A stretch of 29,836 nucleotides of DNA from Candidatus Ratteibacteria bacterium (GTDB lineage: Bacteria; Ratteibacteria; UBA8468; B48-G9; DTJG01): NCBI GenBank assembly GCA_049971295.1, contig JBMFLH010000012.1, forward strand, positions 1 to 29,836, read 5' to 3'. The translations under genes were made by a program, and so were the position numbers. Shown in pieces: positions 17,357-23,971 of the stretch. The notes beneath the pieces were generated by a model that was not told the DNA's origin, did not search any database, and saw nothing but the letters and a program-made list of their open reading frames with translations. How positions within the stretch are numbered: the stretch's first letter is position 1; the number at the start of each line of letters is the position of its first letter.

Positions 17357-19646
17357 TGGAGTGGCGCTGATTTTTGCCATTGGTATTGTTCTTGTTTTAT
17401 TTGTTATCACCACAGGGCTGCTGGTCATTTTCGGACAATGGGAAAAATCGTCATTTCTTTTGTTTTCAAGAACCCACTCAATCCATGCGGCAAAAATTGG
17501 CATAGAACAGGCAATCTGGGAATTAAAAAATGATAAGAACAATTATGACGGCTATGATGAACAATGGCATGCAAAATTTGCTGGCACTGACATTGATATA
17601 GACCAGGACGGTATAAAAGAAAGTCAATTTTTCCCTGTGAAAAATTTTCGAGGAAAAATCGTTGCAAGGTATGCTGTTCTGGTAACAGACGAAAGCGGCA
17701 GTATCAACATCAATTATGTTGGAAATATTTCAAAAAATGGCAAGCACAGTTTCAATGAAGGATGGACAACATTTGAAATTCGTCTTTTCCCTGATACTTG
17801 TGATAACGTTGCAGACGATATTGTTCTTTTTAGGATGGGAAAGGATTGCGCCAGCGGGATAAAAGATATTGACGATGATAATGACAATTCAATCCTTTCC
17901 AATGATGGCATTGACAACGACGGAGACGGCATCATTGATGAGGAAAATGAGGGGATTGATGAACCAGACGAATTCAATCACGCAAAGCCATCTGGCGATG
18001 ATAGACCATTTTTCGTCATTGAAGATTTGAAAATGGCAAGAGGCATGACAGACAAACTATTCAATCGCATCAAAAATTATATCACCACTTATAGTTATGA
18101 CTTGAACATTGATGCAGAAAATTATCTTCGCACCAACATCAATCAGGCAACATTATCTCAAATTGTTTCCATTCTCGCAGGGCTTGGCTATGAAAAAGAC
18201 CAGGCAACCCAGATTGGAGTCAACATCCTTGATTACAGAGACAAAGATAATATTCCTACCGTAATCAAGACACCTGATGGGAAACGTTTCATAGGACTTG
18301 AAAAAACGCCTTACATCAATGAAATTGAACCGATGCCTGAACTCAGAATTGATAAAACATTCACAAAAACAGGAATTCCTGTTGTGATTCTTGAAGAACT
18401 TGGACCAAACTTTATTGAAATCGTCAATCCATACGACCAACCCATAGATATTGGAGGTTGGTCAATAAAAGGCGGCTTGGTTCTACTTCCTTCATTTGAT
18501 GTGTGGAATTTGAATAATCAGTCAAAAAATACAATGGATGAAATGGAAAATGGAAAAAATCCGTCTGACACTTCACTCATCACGCAATTTTGGAAGGCTG
18601 TCATGCCTGATAGAATCACAATACCTCCTGGCACTGTCATAAAACCACATTCTTACTATCTTATCGGGGACTCAATAAAGTGGAAAATCGTGATTATGTA
18701 TACATCATCAGGGCCTCTGGTTCTTCCATTGTTAATTCCAATTAAAGAGCCGGTTAACGCTAACCAGTTTGAACCAATCCTGTTTATGAACTTTGATTGC
18801 AGTGAACTGGCAAATTTTTTTTCCATCCTTGCAAAAATCTTTAAGTTTGCAATTTCATTAAATGGAAAAATGTTCCTGCTGGACGAACAAAGTCATCTCA
18901 TTGAACAGACAGATTATGGTTCAGACAAACCAGGAAAACAATCAAGGCAAAAAAATGACCCCAGGGTTGAAGAATGGTTTACATTTAATCAAACCCCAGG
19001 AAGAAGGAATGGTACCTTTGTTCCAATGATAGGCGGAGAATTCAATGCAGCAAATCAATTCCTGTACTGGGATTCTTCATTCGGAATAAAGAATCATCCG
19101 TTTTCTTCGCCTGCAGAACTTTCATATATTCATAAAGGCAAACAGTGGGAAACTTTGAATCTATGGAAGGGATACGACAATAAACTTCTTGACGTTTTTA
19201 CAATTGTTGAAAACCCCAAAGACCATAATTTTGGAAGGATTAATATTAACACTGCACATTTATCGGTTCTTCAATGTCTTCCGCTTGTTGACACAGACAT
19301 TGCACAAGAAATTATCAACGCACGACCTTTCAAAGACGTATCTGATATTGTTGGCAAATTAGGAACCTCATTAAACAAACAAATTACAAAGTACGGCAAT
19401 AATTTTATTGACGACAACAAAAATCAATGGATAGACACAGAAGATGAAAAGGAATTGGTCATTTCAACGATAGCAAATCTCATTTCAGTAAGAGGAAATG
19501 TTTTCAAAATCATTGTGGTATCTCAAAAGGTGCAAGATTCAGATAACAATGGTATAATAACAGCAAACGAAATTAAGGCAGAAACCAGATATCGTATTAT
19601 TTACGACAGAACAAGAAACAACATACTTGAAAGGAGACAATTGTGA
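17331..19646 (+). CDS. Giant GspK-like tip pseudopilin with acidic DxDxDG repeats and a lamin-tail-like insertion (start GTG 17331, or ATG 17289)
   Basis: NSG|VALIFAIG (no E5); AAKIGIEQA; VTDESGSININ; RTNINQA...NILDYRD; GRININTA...LPLVD...EIINARPF; VRGNVFKI. Confidence 0.8.
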   Translation: MKRYGWVNSGVALIFAIGIVLVLFVITTGLLVIFGQWEKSSFLLFSRTHSIHAAKIGIEQAIWELKNDKNNYDGYDEQWHAKFAGTDIDIDQDGIKESQFFPVKNFRGKIVARYAVLVTDESGSININYVGNISKNGKHSFNEGWTTFEIRLFPDTCDNVADDIVLFRMGKDCASGIKDIDDDNDNSILSNDGIDNDGDGIIDEENEGIDEPDEFNHAKPSGDDRPFFVIEDLKMARGMTDKLFNRIKNYITTYSYDLNIDAENYLRTNINQATLSQIVSILAGLGYEKDQATQIGVNILDYRDKDNIPTVIKTPDGKRFIGLEKTPYINEIEPMPELRIDKTFTKTGIPVVILEELGPNFIEIVNPYDQPIDIGGWSIKGGLVLLPSFDVWNLNNQSKNTMDEMENGKNPSDTSLITQFWKAVMPDRITIPPGTVIKPHSYYLIGDSIKWKIVIMYTSSGPLVLPLLIPIKEPVNANQFEPILFMNFDCSELANFFSILAKIFKFAISLNGKMFLLDEQSHLIEQTDYGSDKPGKQSRQKNDPRVEEWFTFNQTPGRRNGTFVPMIGGEFNAANQFLYWDSSFGIKNHPFSSPAELSYIHKGKQWETLNLWKGYDNKLLDVFTIVENPKDHNFGRININTAHLSVLQCLPLVDTDIAQEIINARPFKDVSDIVGKLGTSLNKQITKYGNNFIDDNKNQWIDTEDEKELVISTIANLISVRGNVFKIIVVSQKVQDSDNNGIITANEIKAETRYRIIYDRTRNNILERRQL

Positions 19647-20563
19647 AAATTAAAGAAAAGGTAAAGAATTGTCTTAAGAATTACCTGCCAAAAATTAAAA
19701 GCTGCTTTGCTGACAGAAAGAAAAGGAAAAAATTGGTCTCTGGTGTGGCAGTGATTGTTGTTGTAATAATTGGCGCGTACTACGGATACAGAACATATCT
19801 GAATAAAAATGCAGTGGCAATTGTAAATGGGGAAATCATTACTTTGTCTGAATTAAAACAAAAAATATCAACATATCCTGAGTTTTATCAGGAATATGTC
19901 AAACAAGCTCCACAGCAAGCACTTGAAGATTTCATTGGAGAAAAATTGCTGATGCAAAAGGCAAAAAAATTTGAAGGAAATTACAAAAAAAGAATCAAAA
20001 AAGCCGTCGAAGAATATAAAAAAGACCTTTTAATCAAAGAATTTCTTACTGACCAGGTATTGAGCAAGGCGGAAATTTCACAGGACGAAATAAAAAATTA
20101 CTATAATAATAACCTGAAAGATTTCCTTATGCCAGAACGAGTTCATCTCTATGAAATCGTCGTCTCCACAGAAGAAGAAGCAAGAAATATCCTGAACAGA
20201 TTATCCAACGGTGAAAACTTTTCTGAAATAGCAAAAACTGAGTCAATCAGCCAATCAAAAGACAAAGGTGGAGACCTTGGTATGATATCAAGAGGACAAC
20301 TGATGCCAGAACTTGAAGAAATTCTTTTTTCCATGAAACCGAATCAGGTTCTGGAAAAAGTAATAAGAACCGACCAGGGATATCACATTATTAAAATTGG
20401 GGAAAAACAACCTTCACACCTGCAGACGCTTGAAGAAGCGACTCCAACAATCAGACAAATTCTAATCAATCAAAAAAGGAGTCAGCTGCTCAACACATAT
20501 ATCAATCAGATTAAAAATGAATCAAAAATTATCAGATTCAACGATAAACTGAAAAATCTTTAA
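19643..20563 (+). CDS. Membrane-anchored PpiC/PrsA-type peptidyl-prolyl isomerase
   Basis: N-terminal TM; VAIVNGEIIT; parvulin motifs FSEIAKTES...KGGDLG...GYHIIK. GTG start with AAGGAG RBS. Confidence 0.88.
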   Translation: MKIKEKVKNCLKNYLPKIKSCFADRKKRKKLVSGVAVIVVVIIGAYYGYRTYLNKNAVAIVNGEIITLSELKQKISTYPEFYQEYVKQAPQQALEDFIGEKLLMQKAKKFEGNYKKRIKKAVEEYKKDLLIKEFLTDQVLSKAEISQDEIKNYYNNNLKDFLMPERVHLYEIVVSTEEEARNILNRLSNGENFSEIAKTESISQSKDKGGDLGMISRGQLMPELEEILFSMKPNQVLEKVIRTDQGYHIIKIGEKQPSHLQTLEEATPTIRQILINQKRSQLLNTYINQIKNESKIIRFNDKLKNL

Positions 20564-21402
20564 TGAGAAAATATTTAATTACTGTTTTTTTGTGCTGCCT
20601 GATTAACACTGTGTTTGGCGCGGGGGATAAAAGTATCGCTCTTGTTGGAAACAGAATTATCTGGAATAATGATGTAGTGGAAAGGGCTCAGGCGCGTAGT
20701 ATTTCATACGTTGAATCTCTCTCACAGTTAATCGAAGAAAATTTGCTTATTGTTCAGGCAAGAAAAGACAACATACAGGTGGCAGAAGAAGAAGTTGAAG
20801 CGAGGTTTAATTTTATCCTTGACCAGTGGCAGAAGAAAGGGATTGATTTTCTGAAATTTATTAAAGACAACGGTCTTACTGTTGAGCAGTATAAGGAAAT
20901 TATCAAAGACCAGATCAGGGTAGAAAAACTCGTCGCTAAAATTCAAAGCGATATTTCTGTGTCTCCTTTTGAAGTGGTGAAAAAAATGGCTGAAATACCT
21001 CAACAACAGGTTCTTCTTTTGAAAAAAAGTTTTGATAGTGCTTCGTCAGCAGAAACCTTTATAGCAAAACTGAAAGAGAAAAATGAAATGCTGACAGAAA
21101 TGGAAACCACCGGATGGGTAGAAACCAGTCGCATTGACCCTTCGGTGCTTTCTCAGATCCAGAATGTCGGACAGGGTAAACCCGCAATCATAAAAAGTGA
21201 TGAAAAATTTACAGTATATGTGCTTGCAGGCATACGAAATAATTCTCCAGAAGAACGGTACAGGATGGCTTACAGTGAGTTGTATCAGCAAAAAGCAAAT
21301 AAAAAATATTCAGAATACATCAACCAACTTTCCAAAACAATCCCTGTAAGAATTTTTGACCAGGATATTGCAAAAAAGCTTTCAGTGTTTTCTGAACAAT
21401 GA
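20563..21402 (+). CDS. SurA N-terminal-domain chaperone (degenerate PPIase part)
   Basis: Signal peptide; DKSIALVGNRII; LIEENLLIVQA; GLTVEQYKEIIKDQI; lies directly before pdxA as in the conserved surA-pdxA-rsmA order. Confidence 0.75.
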   Translation: MRKYLITVFLCCLINTVFGAGDKSIALVGNRIIWNNDVVERAQARSISYVESLSQLIEENLLIVQARKDNIQVAEEEVEARFNFILDQWQKKGIDFLKFIKDNGLTVEQYKEIIKDQIRVEKLVAKIQSDISVSPFEVVKKMAEIPQQQVLLLKKSFDSASSAETFIAKLKEKNEMLTEMETTGWVETSRIDPSVLSQIQNVGQGKPAIIKSDEKFTVYVLAGIRNNSPEERYRMAYSELYQQKANKKYSEYINQLSKTIPVRIFDQDIAKKLSVFSEQ

Positions 21403-22400
21403 TAAGGGTATTAATATCCATCGGCGACCCAGCAGGAATCGGGCCTGAAATATCAATAAAAGCAGTCAATGAGATTCTTGATGAAAAATCTGATTTTGTT
21501 CCAATACTGGTTGGAGACGAATCAGTCCTGCTGGAAGCAATAAAGTTCTGTCCACAGAGAAAACTTATCAGGTGGAATGAAACAATTGATAAAGGCAGTA
21601 TCAGCTTTATTGACACAAAAATTTTAAAACATCAAGATTTTCCTGTAGGAATAAATCATAAAACTGCAGGTAAAGCATCTTTCAAATATTTAGAAACAGC
21701 GTGGCATATGCTTCAAAAAAATGAAGGAGATTGTCTTGTTACCGCGCCTATTTCAAAAACATCCTGGAATCTTGCTGGCATCACATACACCGGGCATACT
21801 GAAGCACTGGCTGCATTTTCTGGAGAACAAACTTATATGCTGATGATTGCTGAAGCATTGCGTGTGCTTCTTGCGACAACTCATATTCCGCTTAAAAACA
21901 TCTGGAATTATCTAAGTGTGGAACATCTTTTTTTATCCACCCGCACAACAGCAAATTTTGTATCAAAGTTTTTTGGAATAAAAAATGTCCGTATTGGATT
22001 TTGCGGACTCAATCCTCATGCTGGTGAATCCGGGAATATTGGCGATGAAGAAAAAATCATTATTACGCCAGCTATTGAAAAACTAATCAGAGATGGCTTT
22101 TCTGTTTCTGGTCCTTTCCCGGCTGACTCAATTTTTAAGATTGCTATTAAAGAGCATTTATTTGACCTGATTATATCCATGTATCATGACCAGGCATTGG
22201 TGGTATTAAAAAGTTTTTTTTCAGAAAAACTCGTCAATGTCACTGTCAACAATTCTGGATGGATAAGAACCAGTCCCGGACACGGAACTGCTTTCGACAT
22301 CGCATGGAAAAATATAGCTGACGCATCTTCGATGAAAGAAGCAATAAAAATTGCACTCCTAATGGCAAAAAGAAAACATGGACACACTGTTAACAATTAA
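21399..22400 (+). CDS. pdxA: 4-hydroxythreonine-4-phosphate dehydrogenase (PdxA family)
   Basis: GDPAGIGPE, TAPISK, GHTE, THIPL, GLNPHAGE, MYHDQ, RTSPGHGTAFDIA. Confidence 0.93.
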   Translation: MIRVLISIGDPAGIGPEISIKAVNEILDEKSDFVPILVGDESVLLEAIKFCPQRKLIRWNETIDKGSISFIDTKILKHQDFPVGINHKTAGKASFKYLETAWHMLQKNEGDCLVTAPISKTSWNLAGITYTGHTEALAAFSGEQTYMLMIAEALRVLLATTHIPLKNIWNYLSVEHLFLSTRTTANFVSKFFGIKNVRIGFCGLNPHAGESGNIGDEEKIIITPAIEKLIRDGFSVSGPFPADSIFKIAIKEHLFDLIISMYHDQALVVLKSFFSEKLVNVTVNNSGWIRTSPGHGTAFDIAWKNIADASSMKEAIKIALLMAKRKHGHTVNN

Positions 22401-23235
22401 ACAACTCCAGCAACTCCTTGCCTCAAACAAAATTTTCCCCAAAAAACAACTTGGACAGAATTTTCTTATAGATAGAAATATTCGCGATAAAATTGTTTCT
22501 TTTGCTAATATCACGAAAAATGATATCGTTGTTGAAATAGGTCCGGGATTGGGAGCACTAACTGGAACGATTGCAGAAAAAGCAAAATTTGTCTATGGAT
22601 TTGAAAAGGATAGAAAACTTGTTAAAATTCTCCATAATATTGTTTCAAATCTTTCGAATGTTTTTATTGAAGAAAAAGATTTTCTTGAACTGGACGAGAA
22701 CTTTTTTCGCAAGTTTGAAAGCAAAATTAAAGTTATCGGAAATCTTCCTTACTATGTGGCATCTCCAATCCTTTTCAAACTTCTGGAAATTAGAAATTAC
22801 TGGCAACTTGCTGTGGTGATGATTCCAGAAGAGGTCGCTATTAGAATCATTTCGAAACCTGGCGACAAAAATTTTGGACTTATGGCAGTGCTGTTTTCTC
22901 TTCTAACAAATTGTTCCATATGCTATAAAGTTAGTGGCTCTGTCTTCTATCCTGAGCCTGAAATCAATTCAGTGATCATGAGAATATTGTCCAGGGAAAA
23001 ACCCGATATTGAGATAAAAAATCCAGAAACATTCTGGGAAATTCTTCCCAAACTATATATACAAAGAAGGAAAACAATACTAAACGTTGTGAGTAATTCA
23101 TTCAAACTCGACAAAAACAGTGCAGATACTATTCTCAAAAAAGCAGGAATTCAGCCTACACTACGAAGTCATCAGATTGAACTCGACAAAATGCTAACAC
23201 TTGTTGAACGAATTGCAGAAGTAAAAAATTCATAA
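22378..23235 (+). CDS. rsmA: 16S rRNA A1518/A1519 dimethyltransferase RsmA/KsgA
   Basis: KKQLGQNFL, VEIGPGLGALT, EKDRKL, GNLPYY, FYPEP, QRRKTI. Confidence 0.95.
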   Translation: MDTLLTIKQLQQLLASNKIFPKKQLGQNFLIDRNIRDKIVSFANITKNDIVVEIGPGLGALTGTIAEKAKFVYGFEKDRKLVKILHNIVSNLSNVFIEEKDFLELDENFFRKFESKIKVIGNLPYYVASPILFKLLEIRNYWQLAVVMIPEEVAIRIISKPGDKNFGLMAVLFSLLTNCSICYKVSGSVFYPEPEINSVIMRILSREKPDIEIKNPETFWEILPKLYIQRRKTILNVVSNSFKLDKNSADTILKKAGIQPTLRSHQIELDKMLTLVERIAEVKNS

Positions 23236-23237
23236 AC

Positions 23238-23265
23238 TTGCATTAATTCAAAAAAGGAATATAAT
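23238..23265 (+). promoter_or_regulatory. Putative sigma70 promoter of the YHS gene
   Basis: TTGCAT (23238-23243), 16 nt, TATAAT (23260-23265). GGAG before ATG 23288. Confidence 0.6.
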
Positions 23266-23287
23266 TTATATGACAACGGAGTAAGAA

Positions 23288-23446
23288 ATGAAAAAAATCA
23301 TTAAAGATGTAGTGTGCCGGGCGTGGTTGAAGCATCCAACGAAAAATATCGTTGAAAAAGATGGAAAACAATTTTATTTTTGTTCTCCACTCTGCAAGTC
23401 AAAGTTTGAGAAAGATCCAGAAAAATATATGGGTCTGAAGGGTTAA
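23288..23446 (+). CDS. Stand-alone YHS/TRASH metal-binding protein, 52 aa (not in ORF track)
   Basis: MKKIIKDVVCRAWLKHPTKNIVEKDGKQFYFCSPLCKSKFEKDPEKYMGLKG fits DxVC...GxxYYFCSxxCxxxFxxxPExY. RBS and promoter present. Confidence 0.88.
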   Translation: MKKIIKDVVCRAWLKHPTKNIVEKDGKQFYFCSPLCKSKFEKDPEKYMGLKG

Positions 23447-23457
23447 AATCAGAACAC

Positions 23458-23485
23458 TTGACATAAATTTTTATTGTGTTAATAT
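23458..23485 (+). promoter_or_regulatory. Putative sigma70 promoter of the small lipoprotein gene
   Basis: TTGACA (23458-23463), 16 nt ending TGt, TAATAT (23480-23485). ATG at 23495. Confidence 0.55.
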
Positions 23486-23494
23486 AAATATAAC

Positions 23495-23617
23495 ATGAGA
23501 AGAAGTTTGATTAAGTTAATTTGTTTCATGATGTTGATTTGTCTGGTAATGCTGTCTGGATGTTCCTTAAGTTTGGATTTTCATCCTCAAGGCAAATCCT
23601 CAAGTTCAACAAAATAG
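23495..23617 (+). CDS. Putative 40-aa lipoprotein (not in ORF track)
   Basis: MRRSLIKLICFMMLICLVMLSG|CSLSLDFHPQGKSSSSTK: basic n-region, hydrophobic h-region, lipobox LSGC. Confidence 0.68.
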   Translation: MRRSLIKLICFMMLICLVMLSGCSLSLDFHPQGKSSSSTK

Positions 23618-23636
23618 GGTAATCGTGTTTAGACCG

Positions 23637-23710
23637 TATAATTCAATTCTGAATAAAATCTCCGTGCAGCCGAAATACCGGCTAAAGAATTTTGCGGAGA
23701 TAAAAGGAGG
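23637..23710 (+). promoter_or_regulatory. Cold-shock gene -10 box and structured 5' leader
   Basis: TATAAT at 23637-23642. Outer stem ATCTCCG (23658-23664)/CGGAGAT (23695-23701), inner stem AGCCG/CGGCT. SD AAGGAGG at 23704-23710. Confidence 0.55.
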
Positions 23711-23715
23711 AAAGC

Positions 23716-23922
23716 ATGGCGAAGGAGAAAGGGAAGGTGAAGTGGTTCAACAATGCCAAAGGTTATGGCTTTGTTGAACGAGAAAACGGTGAGGACGTCT
23801 TTGTCCATTACACGGCAATCGTGGGCGATGGATATAAGACCCTTGAAGAAGGCGCCACCGTTGAGTTTGAGGTAGTTCAGGGTAAGAAAGGGCTCCAGGC
23901 CACAAACGTGGTAAAACTGTAA
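23716..23922 (+). CDS. Cold-shock protein (CspA family)
   Basis: [15 protein letters not shown] (RNP1), DVFVHY (RNP2), GLQATNV. Confidence 0.97.
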   Translation: MAKEKGKVKWFNNAKGYGFVERENGEDVFVHYTAIVGDGYKTLEEGATVEFEVVQGKKGLQATNVVKL

Positions 23923-23936
23923 GCCAAATATCACCC

Positions 23937-23966
23937 AGGGGGGTGCATCGCACCCCCCTTTCCCTT
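23937..23966 (+). terminator. Probable intrinsic terminator after csp
   Basis: Perfect 10-bp stem AGGGGGGTGC / ATC / GCACCCCCCT followed by a weak pyrimidine tail (TTCCCTT). Confidence 0.7.
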
Positions 23967-23971
23967 ACATC

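Noticed and set aside
11466..17400. Similar 5' ends of pilin genes as shufflon, pilS-type cassette or DGR repeats
   Set aside because: Similarity is at protein level with synonymous divergence. No exact or inverted repeats seen by eye, and no recombinase or reverse transcriptase in the window. A self dot-plot would be decisive.
17865..17971. GAT/GAC-rich stretch as a tandem DNA repeat or CRISPR
   Set aside because: Explained by Asp-rich coding sequence; no repeat-spacer periodicity.
23716..23960. Locally higher GC around csp as horizontal transfer
   Set aside because: Short, and explained by a highly expressed gene with structured leader and terminator; no mobility signatures.
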